This document shows, piece by piece, positions 53,813 through 62,720 of a DNA stretch of 64,000 bases. Made by a program: the position numbers and the translations under genes. The DNA comes from Proteobacteria bacterium SG_bin7. GTDB lineage: Bacteria; Bdellovibrionota; Bdellovibrionia; Bdellovibrionales; SG-bin7. The number at the start of each line of letters is the position of its first letter. The stretch's first letter is position 1. The stretch is from assembly GCA_002083485.1 (NCBI GenBank), contig LWDK01000036.1, forward strand, positions 36,680 to 100,679, given 5' to 3'. The notes beneath the pieces are model-generated. The model ran no database searches. It had not been told where the DNA came from and saw only the letters and a program-made list of their open reading frames with translations.

Positions 53813-55189
53813 GTGAAAAAGAAGACATTACTAATTCTATTTAGTTTATTAATGCCCATAATAGGTTTCCAGAACTGCGGCCAAAGCGCATTTCAGTCCA
53901 GAATGCCTAGCAGCGAATTGCAAGTCTCCGAAAGTTTAAATGGCGACTCGGAACAAATCAGCAGTTCTTTGCCGATCTCTCCAAGTGGTGTCGCCCGATC
54001 GGCTCTAGTGCCCGTGCTAAATGGAAAAAAATACTATGTTGCAAAGACGGGGCTTGATACAAATGATGGCTCAATAACAAAACCACTAAAGACCTTTAAA
54101 AATGCAATATCTCGCATGAAAGCGGGCGACAGTCTGTTTATTCGCGGCGGCCTGTACACAGAGCAGATTGATTTTCAAGGTCCAAACAAAACTGGCACCG
54201 CCAGCGCTTGGATCAAAGTAGCTGGATATCCTGGCGAAGTCGTCACAATTCAGTATACTGATCCAAATCCCAATGATGGAAAGCCCGGCTATGGTCCGAT
54301 TAGGGCTCGTGGAAATCGAGGATACTTTAATTTTGAGAATCTAATTCTTGACGGCATACATGCTAAACGAAACTCGACATGGGAAATTCGCGACGGCAAC
54401 CATCATTTTGTCCTTCGTAAAATTGAAATGAAAAATTTCTTTGGTAGTCCTTTGAAAGTAGCAGGATCCTATGTCGAAGTCTTAAATTCCAAATTTCACG
54501 ACCAAACTCGCGTCAGCACCAGCAGACTCTACTGTATGTATATTAGTAAAGGGAGCAATATAGTAATTGACGGAAACGAATGCTATAAGAACATCGGCGG
54601 CGGAATCCATTTGTATTACGGGCCTTTAGTGAACGTGGTGATACGGAACAATATAGTCCGTCATAATAGTTTCATGGATACCATCGTAGGTGGCATTCTG
54701 GTTTGGGGAGTTTTGAGCGGCTCAAATGGTAACGGGAATGTCGACGGCGTTCAGATTTACAATAATCTTGTGTACTCGAACTGTGTCAATCAGCCGCCGG
54801 GAAGCCCAGTATGCGGTGGAATTTTAGTCTCTGGTACAAGTACCAAGAATGTTAAGGTTTGGAACAACACGGTTTATGGGAACCGAAGTTACGGCATATC
54901 CATCGCTCCTTACAATGGTGTAAAGCCAGTCAATACAGTTGTTCAAAACAACATTGTGTACGGAAATAAAAATGCCCAAATTATCAATGATGGTTTGAAC
55001 TCTGTTATTGATCATAATTTAACTACCGATCCGCAATTTGTGAGCACTACAGCAAGTAATTTTCGCTTAAAATCGTCAAGCCCGGCTGTGAACAAAGGAA
55101 GATCGATTTCCAGCATAAAAACCGATATCACCGGAACTGCAAGACCTAAAGGTGGATTCTTCGACATCGGCGCTTACGAATCATATTAA
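53813..55189 (+). CDS. Right-handed parallel beta-helix (pectate-lyase fold, DUF1565-type N-terminus) lipoprotein, copy 1
   Basis: GTG start with a GGGGG SD sequence and lipobox IGFQNC. It reads YYVAKTGLDTNDGSITKPLKTFKNAISRMKAGDSLFIRGGLYTE, has repeated ~22-aa coils (IRNNIV, IYNNLVY, VWNNTVY, VQNNIVY), and ends DIGAYES. Confidence 0.8.
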   Translation: MKKKTLLILFSLLMPIIGFQNCGQSAFQSRMPSSELQVSESLNGDSEQISSSLPISPSGVARSALVPVLNGKKYYVAKTGLDTNDGSITKPLKTFKNAISRMKAGDSLFIRGGLYTEQIDFQGPNKTGTASAWIKVAGYPGEVVTIQYTDPNPNDGKPGYGPIRARGNRGYFNFENLILDGIHAKRNSTWEIRDGNHHFVLRKIEMKNFFGSPLKVAGSYVEVLNSKFHDQTRVSTSRLYCMYISKGSNIVIDGNECYKNIGGGIHLYYGPLVNVVIRNNIVRHNSFMDTIVGGILVWGVLSGSNGNGNVDGVQIYNNLVYSNCVNQPPGSPVCGGILVSGTSTKNVKVWNNTVYGNRSYGISIAPYNGVKPVNTVVQNNIVYGNKNAQIINDGLNSVIDHNLTTDPQFVSTTASNFRLKSSSPAVNKGRSISSIKTDITGTARPKGGFFDIGAYESY

Positions 55190-55224
55190 TCTCGTCAAAT
55201 GTTAGATTGAAAAAGGAGTCCTAT

Positions 55225-56619
55225 ATGTACCGACAAACTTCTTCACTTTATCAGCTATTGGTTGTTACCACTGTGATACTTGTATTTTTTCAAAATTGCG
55301 GACAAGAAGGCTTTAATGCCAGCTTCCTTGCAGCCACTGACCTAAACAGCTCAGTTGCGACTATCGACAACGGAACTTCACTGCAAGAAGCTTTATCTGC
55401 CAGCACTCTAGTTTCAGCGGTGCTGCCGCCACTGCCTGGCAAGACCTATTTTGTCGCGCCAAATGGAGTGGATACGAATAATACTTCCGGCTCAATTGCC
55501 AAACCGTTTAAAACTTTTAAAAATGCAATATCTCGCATGAAGGCTGGAGACACGCTACTTATTCGCGGAGGCACTTATACCGAGCAATTGGATTTTCAGT
55601 CCCCCGTTCGAAAAACCGGGACAGCAAGTGCGTGGATCAGAGTCGCCGGGTATCAAAGTGAAAAGGTAACAATACGCTTTGCCGATAGCATAGAATATGG
55701 CTATGGCCCAATTCGCGTGCGCGGGGCCAGCGCTTATTTCTTATTTGAAAATCTAATTCTCGATGGCACAAACGGATCTTATTCCTCTGGCTGGCAAATT
55801 CGCGATGGCAATCATCATTTCACTCTTAGAAACCTAGAATTCAAAAATTTTAAGACTTCGGGTCTAATGATTAAAGCCAGCAACATTCAAATTATCAACT
55901 GTAAAATACACGACAGTACTGTAGATACTAGGCAGTCACCGCCGAGTCGTCGCTATGGGATTTATGCCTCCTTTGGAAGTAACATTCTTATTGAGGGGAG
56001 CGAAATCTACAATCAGCCTGGAGGTGGTATCGTGATATATCCAGGTCCTCTCCATAATGTAATTGTTCGAAACAACATTATTCACCACAACAATGACATG
56101 AAAACCTCTGCTAATCCAGGTATTCAGATTTGGGCCTCAGTATTGAAAGATGTGCCCGGTTCTGGCGTCATTGATGGAACGCAGGTTTATAACAACGTTG
56201 TCTATTCGAATGGAGTGAATCAGCCAGCTGGTAGTGCGCAAGGTGGTGGTATTGAAGTCACCAACGGCGGTTCATCTAATACAAAGATTTGGAACAACAC
56301 CATTTACGGGAACAGGGGTTATGGAATTCGGCTTTTTGCAGGTACACTCGGGCCCTCCAAAAATACCGTCGTACAAAACAACATAGTATATGGAAACACA
56401 GCTACGCAAATTATTAATAACGGCGTAAATTCGACTATCGACCACAACCTAACGACAAATCCACTCTTTGTAAATGCATCTGCCAGAAATTTTCGTTTGA
56501 CTGCCGCAAGTCCAGCCGTCAACAAAGGAAGATCGATTTCAAGTGTAAAAACTGATATTACTGGAACAGCAAGGCCTAAAAGCGGATATTTCGATATCGG
56601 TGCCTACGAATCCTTCTAG
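55225..56619 (+). CDS. Right-handed parallel beta-helix lipoprotein, copy 2 (tandem paralogue)
   Basis: ATG 55225 is preceded by AAAAGGAG; lipobox VFFQNC. It is colinear with copy 1 (KPFKTFKNAISRMKAGDTLLIRGGTYTE ... SPAVNKGRSISSVKTDITGTARPKSGYFDIGAYES). Confidence 0.8.
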   Translation: MYRQTSSLYQLLVVTTVILVFFQNCGQEGFNASFLAATDLNSSVATIDNGTSLQEALSASTLVSAVLPPLPGKTYFVAPNGVDTNNTSGSIAKPFKTFKNAISRMKAGDTLLIRGGTYTEQLDFQSPVRKTGTASAWIRVAGYQSEKVTIRFADSIEYGYGPIRVRGASAYFLFENLILDGTNGSYSSGWQIRDGNHHFTLRNLEFKNFKTSGLMIKASNIQIINCKIHDSTVDTRQSPPSRRYGIYASFGSNILIEGSEIYNQPGGGIVIYPGPLHNVIVRNNIIHHNNDMKTSANPGIQIWASVLKDVPGSGVIDGTQVYNNVVYSNGVNQPAGSAQGGGIEVTNGGSSNTKIWNNTIYGNRGYGIRLFAGTLGPSKNTVVQNNIVYGNTATQIINNGVNSTIDHNLTTNPLFVNASARNFRLTAASPAVNKGRSISSVKTDITGTARPKSGYFDIGAYESF

Positions 56620-56635
56620 CTCCTGAGCTTCAAAT

Positions 56636-56662
56636 AAAGCGCAAGGCTTCGCCCTGCGCTTT
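56636..56662. terminator. Bidirectional rho-independent terminator between convergent genes
   Basis: AAAGCGCAAGG-CTTCG-CCCTGCGCTTT pairs at 10 of 11 stem positions. A/T runs flank it on both sides (CAAATAAAGCG...CGCTTTATTAAC). Confidence 0.75.
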
Positions 56663-56674
56663 ATTAACATATAA

Positions 56675-57193
56675 CTAGAGCTTACGTTTGAAGTTAAAAA
56701 TAACAGTATCTTTTTTCTTACCGTTATCAAAACTCGTCCACTCATGCGTTACAGCATCGTCGCTGTCAAAAGTAATTTTCATCGCGTGCATATGTGGTTC
56801 TTTCATGGAAGAAACTCCAATGGATTTTTTCATTTCAAATGAAATTGCCTTATCATCAGCTTTCAGCAAATTCATTTGGGGATGATTGCCAAGCGCACAG
56901 AAATGAGTCATAGCCAGAGATTTTCCATCTTTATGGTAAATAGAAACCATTTCCATGGGAGTGCCGGCACCCAATTTTTCGGTGATGACAGTGCCGTTGC
57001 TTGTAAGTTCATAAGTTACCGTCGTCTTTTCTTCTTTATCACCCATTTTTGTAGTGCCTTCCCAGGTACCAACCAATTTTTTTAGCATTTCAAATTCTTT
57101 GGGCATCGCTACAGGAGCGTGCTTCGGGTGATCAGGGGTTGCAAATACAAACTGTGAAAAAACGACCGTTAAAAATACAAAAAATACTTTCAT
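56675..57193 (-). CDS. Secreted DUF1579-like protein
   Basis: ATG 57193 (MKVFFVFLTVVFSQFVFA) is preceded by AAGGAG. The motif LVGTWEGTTKMGDKEE...MVSIYH is as in the DUF1579 family (from memory). Confidence 0.6.
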   Translation of the reverse strand: MKVFFVFLTVVFSQFVFATPDHPKHAPVAMPKEFEMLKKLVGTWEGTTKMGDKEEKTTVTYELTSNGTVITEKLGAGTPMEMVSIYHKDGKSLAMTHFCALGNHPQMNLLKADDKAISFEMKKSIGVSSMKEPHMHAMKITFDSDDAVTHEWTSFDNGKKKDTVIFNFKRKL

Positions 57194-57563
57194 AGAATCT
57201 CCTTTTCTTTTGTGCTCATTGAAAATGGTAGATGAGAAATTTCCCCGACTCAATCTTATTAATTAAATAGTCAGCCAGTTTTGTTAGCATTTTTGACCTA
57301 GCGGAATAGTGATTGCAACTAGACCCAAGCCTTTTAAGAGGAGGCAAAAAAGTCTCTGGTGTTTTTTCCGATGGATAATTATGGCACACGTTTTAATAGC
57401 GGGGACCCACAATGCCTTTCTAATGAATGGACAGTTCTCAAACGTTGATTGTCCAGGAGTCGCATACCTGGCGGCGTATTGGCTCGGCCGAGTTAACGAA
57501 TTTATCTCTGGCGAAGAATAAAGGAACGCGAATTGCATCTCTGCTCTTTTTGGGGGGTGAGAG

Positions 57564-57845
57564 ATGCAAAAGGCAGTTGAGAAATTCATTAATAATTTAC
57601 AAGATATTTCGGATCCCGATTACGGTGACTTCATGCGGAAAGCAAATGTCTATTTGAACGATTTGAAAACAGATTTGACTCCGATGAAACAGGATGTCCG
57701 CGCTAAGATATTTGAAATCCAGCTGTATCTACAATTCATTTCGAGTTGGGAAATCGAGCCTACACGACGAAGAATTATTCGCGACGCTTTGTATTTGAAC
57801 GATCTCTTAAAGTCGCATGACGAAGTTCTTTTTCCAGCAGGCTAA
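57564..57845 (+). CDS. Hypothetical helical protein (93 aa)
   Basis: It has a GGGGGGTGAGAG SD-like tract directly upstream of the ATG and a plausible helical composition. Confidence 0.5.
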   Translation: MQKAVEKFINNLQDISDPDYGDFMRKANVYLNDLKTDLTPMKQDVRAKIFEIQLYLQFISSWEIEPTRRRIIRDALYLNDLLKSHDEVLFPAG

Positions 57846-57910
57846 TGGAGCCTGAGAAAAATAATCTCGGTTGGGTCGGGATTTTTGCCACAATTTAGAG
57901 GAGTTTTTTT

Positions 57911-58111
57911 ATGAGAGCCATAAGAGAAAAGTTGCACCTAGCGGTTCTCTTGCTCACATTCCCGATTTTAGTGATTGTTTGTACGTTTGCTTCCTGGCTT
58001 GCAATTATACTGGCGACGATAGAAAGCTTCATAAATCCGGTTCCAAATCCTGAAAAAGAACCACCTATTAGCGAAAAACAACACCCGAGCGGAACCCCCA
58101 CGGCCAGTTAA
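57911..58111 (+). CDS. Hypothetical small membrane protein (66 aa)
   Basis: An AGAGGAG SD sequence lies 8 nt upstream. It has one long hydrophobic segment (LAVLLLTFPILVIVCTFASWLAIILATI). Confidence 0.5.
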   Translation: MRAIREKLHLAVLLLTFPILVIVCTFASWLAIILATIESFINPVPNPEKEPPISEKQHPSGTPTAS

Positions 58112-58192
58112 CGGTCTAACTTTTAAGCAAAGTTTTATAGTCTTTGCCAATCTTTTTCACTCGCGCTATCCCTATAAGACCAGGGGAAATCC

Positions 58193-59293
58193 ATGCAAAT
58201 TAATTTTATCGATCTGCAGAAGCAGTATAAAGCTATTGAAACTAAAGTAAATGCACGCATTAATAAAGTTTTAAACCACGCAGGATTTATTTTAGGGCCC
58301 GAAGTCGACGAGTGTGAAAGAAATCTCGCGGCTTATATTGGTTCAAAACATGCCATCACCTGCGCCAGTGGTACCGACGCGTTGATCATGGCACTTATGG
58401 CTTTAGATATTAAGGCTGGCGACGAAGTCATCACAACACCATTCACATTTGTTGCAACCGCTGAGGCAATTGTACTCGTTGGCGCCACTCCTGTCTTTGT
58501 AGATGTTGAACGTGACACCTATAACATCGATCCAAAGCTCATTGAAAAAGCTATTACCGCACGCACCAAAGCCATCATGCCCGTGAGTCTTTACGGACAA
58601 ACTCCTGATATGGACGAGATCAACGCGATCGCAAAAAAACATAAACTCATTGTCATTGAAGACGCTGCGCAAAGCTTCGGCGCTGAATTTAAAGGTAAGA
58701 AAAGCTGTAATCTGTCTGACATTGGCTGCACAAGTTTCTTTCCCGCTAAACCATTGGGATGCTACGGCGACGGTGGGGCAATTTTTACTAACAACGATAC
58801 ATGGGCAACCGCAATGAAGGAGATTCGTGTGCACGGCCAAAGCGCACGCTATTTTCATCCCCGCTTGGGAATTAATGGGCGCCTCGATACAATTCAGTGT
58901 GCTATCCTAATCGAAAAGCTCGCCCGCTTCCCGTGGGAAGTTGAACGCCGAGTAGAGTTGGGCGCACGCTACACAAAGTCTTTCACTGACCTGGGAAGCA
59001 AAGTTACGGCTCCGAAAGTTATGCCGAATCGCCTTCACGTTTATGGTCAATACACTTTAGTGGTCAACAATCGTGAAAAATTCCAGGCGGACTTAAAAGA
59101 AAAAAACGTTCCCACTGCAGTTCATTACCCGCGGCCTTTGAATAAACAACCGGCTTACGAAAAATATTCGAATGGAAATTTTGCAGTCTCAGAGGAATTA
59201 AGTAACAAAGTTGTGAGTCTTCCCATGTATCCAGACATGGACACCGCAACGCAAGACTATATTATTTCGGCCGTTAAAGATGTGCTTCGTTAA
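58193..59293 (+). CDS. DegT/DnrJ/EryC1/StrS-family sugar aminotransferase (WbpE/WlbC-like)
   Basis: It reads ILGPEVDECERNLAAYIG, SGTDAL, IEDAAQSFGA, CTSFFPAKPLGCYGDGGAIFTN (PLP Lys region) and TAVHYPRPLNKQPAY. Confidence 0.85.
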   Translation: MQINFIDLQKQYKAIETKVNARINKVLNHAGFILGPEVDECERNLAAYIGSKHAITCASGTDALIMALMALDIKAGDEVITTPFTFVATAEAIVLVGATPVFVDVERDTYNIDPKLIEKAITARTKAIMPVSLYGQTPDMDEINAIAKKHKLIVIEDAAQSFGAEFKGKKSCNLSDIGCTSFFPAKPLGCYGDGGAIFTNNDTWATAMKEIRVHGQSARYFHPRLGINGRLDTIQCAILIEKLARFPWEVERRVELGARYTKSFTDLGSKVTAPKVMPNRLHVYGQYTLVVNNREKFQADLKEKNVPTAVHYPRPLNKQPAYEKYSNGNFAVSEELSNKVVSLPMYPDMDTATQDYIISAVKDVLR

Positions 59294-59321
59294 ATTAGCC
59301 AGTGCACCGTCAATAATTTAG

Positions 59322-60119
59322 ACGATATGCCCATGTTGAGTCAAAGGGCTTGGAAAAACATACATCCCAAAGGTATATGCTGATCACCTCGGTCTTCCGT
59401 TCGTGAGAATTAATTTGGGAGATTATGGCGGTAAAACTGCCGAGTCACTCCTTAAAGAAATTGGTGGCGCGCTTAGAAAGAATGCCTTCACGGTTTTCTT
59501 ATTTGACGAGGTTGAAAAAGCCCCTCGCTACATACAAGAGGCATTACTATCTGTCATGGACAGCGATACCATGACTTTGGCGGAATCGCTTAACGGCTCG
59601 CAGGCTGATGGTCCAAAATCCTTTACAAAAATAAAGACGATTAATGCAAGTATGTTCTTTGCCACGAATGCGGGCCAAGACAAGATTTTAACTCATTCGA
59701 ATATTGATCCATTAGAGCTTCGTAACGCCATGGTCGCCGATGGCTTTTCAGAGTTCCTTCTGGATCGCTGTCGAGATATTCATGTATTTTTTCCTCCGAA
59801 AACAAGGGAAGAGTTTCGCGCTGTCGCACAAGTAACGATGCGCGCTCGCATTAAATCTCTTGAGGAACAAAAAAACATGAGATTTTCTATAAGTAACGAA
59901 GACGAATTTTTGTCGAGTCTTACGGATAAATATTTTAACCCAAGATCTGGATTTCGCGGTGTTTTAACGGAAGTTGATAACGTAATTTCATTATCGCTTG
60001 CTAACAAGATTGCAGCAAGCAGTAAACCACAATGCTCTTTTCTTTTTGATTCTCTTGTACTTGAATCCGTAGCTCCAAAATTTAATATTATGCCGCGAGG
60101 AGTAGGCTTTCATAATTAA
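59322..60119 (+). pseudogene. Decayed Clp/Hsp100 D2-type AAA+ ATPase module (5-prime truncated, TGA inside the P-loop)
   Basis: The in-frame reading is TAG-T-I-C-P-C-TGA-VKGLGKTYIPKVYADHLGLPFVRINLGDYGG...FLFDEVEKAPRYIQEALLSVMD...NPRSGFRGVLTEVDNVISLSLANKI. The TGA at 59337 sits where the first Gly of GxxGxGKT belongs. The track ORF starts only at GTG 59403. Confidence 0.6.
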
Positions 60120-61045
60120 AGACCCCAGGCTATTCGCTCAAGAGTCTCTACCTCCTCGGCCCACCAGTTATAGCTACGAAAGTCAGGAAACAGCTGCAGA
60201 AAAGAAGGATCTGTCCAACGCTGAGCAATCCAGGCCGAATAATTTAATATTCTTAAACCTCGAAGCGGCTCAAAAAGGTCAATATCGCTTTCATCGAAAT
60301 CACGAAACTCATTGTATCCTTCTAATAAAAATTCTAAATCCTCAGCGCGCTGCTCTTCTTCTGGAGGAAGCAACATCCAAATATCCTGTGCCACTGGTCC
60401 GGTTCCACAGTCATCGAAATCGACAAAGAAAAATTCTTTTCCCGTAGATAAAATATTCCCGCGATGACAGTCGCCGTGAATACGCTGGAACTTATTCGCA
60501 CTTAAGTTCTTGTTTAAGTACGAAACTATTTTGTTTCCGGCAATTCGATAACGCTCCCAGACCTCACGGGCTACCCAATTTTCTAAAACCTTTAAACTGT
60601 CCGAACCACGCGCCGGCATTTTCCAATTTGGGCGAACTCTAAAGTTCTTTTGTACTCCGACATTGTGAATTTGGCCCAGTTGCCTGCCAATGCTTTTCAA
60701 ATCATTTGGCAAAAGCTCATCAAGCATTCGACCTTGAACTTTGGGCCAAACTGAAAAATACATACCGTCAAACTCATCAAGATTTTTTGCCTGTACGACA
60801 GTAATACCATTTTCTGCCAAGTCACTTAAGAAGCCATGTTCTTCCTTAATTTGTTCTTTTGTCCACCGGCTGGGGCGATAAAATTTTACGACAACACGCC
60901 CTGGATCACCTTCAATCTCAAGATCAAAAACCCGATTCTCATAAGAGTTTAACTGCCAATAACGCCCGGTCGGTTTGAATTTTAATTTTTCAACCGCTAG
61001 TAGTACTGAATTGGGATCTAAATGGTAAAAGGAATTTTTAGCCAT
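60116..61045 (-). CDS. srkA: Stress-response Ser/Thr kinase SrkA (YihE/RdoA family)
   Basis: It reads LNSYENRVFDLE, VVKFYRPSRWTKEQIKEEHGFL, IHGDCHRGNIL, FVDFDDCGTGPVAQDIWML and EPLRGLRILNYSAWIAQRW, colinear with E. coli YihE. The start is taken at ATG 61045 (MAKNSFYHL). Confidence 0.85.
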   Translation of the reverse strand: MAKNSFYHLDPNSVLLAVEKLKFKPTGRYWQLNSYENRVFDLEIEGDPGRVVVKFYRPSRWTKEQIKEEHGFLSDLAENGITVVQAKNLDEFDGMYFSVWPKVQGRMLDELLPNDLKSIGRQLGQIHNVGVQKNFRVRPNWKMPARGSDSLKVLENWVAREVWERYRIAGNKIVSYLNKNLSANKFQRIHGDCHRGNILSTGKEFFFVDFDDCGTGPVAQDIWMLLPPEEEQRAEDLEFLLEGYNEFRDFDESDIDLFEPLRGLRILNYSAWIAQRWTDPSFLQLFPDFRSYNWWAEEVETLERIAWGL

Positions 61046-61481
61046 GAGCTCGGCCGTAGCGCGACAAACAGAATATACGATCAAGCGATGATTCCTCACG
61101 CTCGCAATAATTGCGCTCGCCATCAGAATATTCCTTGTTTCTCAAGGCCATCAAACAAAGCCGCAAATATTTGGTGTCATGGCCGGCACATAAGCTCATC
61201 ATATTTGTTTGAAATACTGCATTCTTAATTTCGTTTAAGCAAATAAAATCAATTTCCCCGCCGTGAGAAACACAAAAATTTGCCGCCAAAAGATCAAAAC
61301 GCGACCCTGACAAGATCGTACTACATTTTTTTTTCAAGTTTTTAGGAAGACCAGCGCAAAAGTCCTCGCCCTTTAATGGCAGGGTTTGCGCCCGTTTTTG
61401 TAAGGATTGAATGCGCTCCAGATAGGTAAACGCCGATAATATAACCATTAGTATAATAAAATGGCGAAAGGCCGAACCCAT
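61038..61481 (-). CDS. Hypothetical secreted Cys-rich protein
   Basis: It has a signal/TM segment (FIILMVILSAFTY) and eight Cys in repeated FC/LC contexts. It overlaps the srkA start by 8 nt. Confidence 0.5.
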   Translation of the reverse strand: MGSAFRHFIILMVILSAFTYLERIQSLQKRAQTLPLKGEDFCAGLPKNLKKKCSTILSGSRFDLLAANFCVSHGGEIDFICLNEIKNAVFQTNMMSLCAGHDTKYLRLCLMALRNKEYSDGERNYCEREESSLDRIFCLSRYGRAHG

Positions 61482-61583
61482 TACGCATTCCTCAGCAAAT
61501 TTTGTGCCTTAGCACTCGCCTTTCGACTAGAATAAACTGCCGGGCCTGGTTTACAGAAAAAGCCATGATTTATCATATTTACT

Positions 61584-62720
61584 ATGGCAGCAAAGACGAA
61601 TGAAACAGCCCTTGTTCTTTCTGGCGGCGGGGCACGCGGAGCATATCAAGCAGGAGTCATCAAAGCATTATCTGAAATTGGAGCGAAAAACAAAATTGAA
61701 AACCCTATGCCAATTATCGCCGGGACTTCAGCAGGCTCAATCAATGCCGCATTTTTAGCAGCTCACGCTGAAGATCTTAGATCCGCGGGAGAAAAAATTT
61801 GTCAGATTTGGGGAAGTTTACAATCTCATCAAGTCATACGCACCGATACCATTTCATTCACACGGATCGGCTTTCGCCTCTTAAAAGAATTAACAACCGG
61901 TTCTTTTGTTAAACGCAAAAAAACGTTAGGGTTACTTGATACCACTCCCCTCAAAAACCTCTTGACTGAAAGCATTCCCTTTCAAAAGATTCAACACAAT
62001 ATCGATAGCGGATTTCTCCGTGCGCTAGCCATCACAGCCACGAACTATGCAAATTCTGATCGAGTCACTTTTGTCCAAGGGAAGAGCGATATTAAACCCT
62101 GGAAAAAAGTTCGCCGCCGCTCTGAAATGGGACCGATCGAATCCAGTCACGTAATGGCCTCGACCGCCATCCCGATTTTTTTTCCACCTATTCAAGTTGG
62201 AACAGCTTTTTACGGCGATGGCTGTTTACGCAATTTAACACCGTTGAGTCCCGCCATAAAATTGGGCGCAAAGAATCTTATTGTTGTCGGCGTGCAAAAA
62301 GAAATTCGCCTTCACGACCCAAGCGATGGCACTCTTATCATGCCGACACTCGCGCGTGTCGTTTCAGTTGTTACCAACGCCATTTTAATGGACAACGTGT
62401 ATATGGACATTGAACGTTTAAATCGCATCAATGAAACTGTGAAGGTTGTAGAACCCACGGCGACATCTTTTCGCCCCATTAACATAGTTCATATACGTCC
62501 CAGTCAAGACATCGGTAAAATCGCCTTTGAAGAAAGCGAAAAACTTCCGGCCACCCTAAAGTTTTTAATTGATGGACTCGGTTCAAGGCGGGAGGCCGCT
62601 GAACTTATTAGTTACCTGATGTTTGAAGGCCCTTATTGTCAGCGACTTATCGATATGGGTTACCAAGACGCGCTCGCTCAAGAAAAAGAAATATGCGATA
62701 TTTTGTCAGCGCCATCCTGA
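61584..62720 (+). CDS. Patatin-like phospholipase (cytoplasmic, RssA-like)
   Basis: Oxyanion hole LSGGGARGAYQAG, nucleophile elbow IAGTSAGSINA, and catalytic Asp in FYGDGCLRN. There is no signal peptide. Confidence 0.85.
   Translation: MAAKTNETALVLSGGGARGAYQAGVIKALSEIGAKNKIENPMPIIAGTSAGSINAAFLAAHAEDLRSAGEKICQIWGSLQSHQVIRTDTISFTRIGFRLLKELTTGSFVKRKKTLGLLDTTPLKNLLTESIPFQKIQHNIDSGFLRALAITATNYANSDRVTFVQGKSDIKPWKKVRRRSEMGPIESSHVMASTAIPIFFPPIQVGTAFYGDGCLRNLTPLSPAIKLGAKNLIVVGVQKEIRLHDPSDGTLIMPTLARVVSVVTNAILMDNVYMDIERLNRINETVKVVEPTATSFRPINIVHIRPSQDIGKIAFEESEKLPATLKFLIDGLGSRREAAELISYLMFEGPYCQRLIDMGYQDALAQEKEICDILSAPS

Noticed and set aside
57284-57589. Overlapping ORFs 57284..57589 (-), 57309..57521 (+) and 57427..57657 (+) in the gap between the DUF1579-like gene and the 93-aa gene. 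They include a possible 46-aa MAHVLIAGTHNAF... peptide.
   Set aside because: The ORFs are mutually exclusive, none has a well-placed SD sequence (the GAGGAGG at 57339 is 30 nt from the nearest in-frame ATG), and no family signal is present. I left the region unannotated rather than guess.
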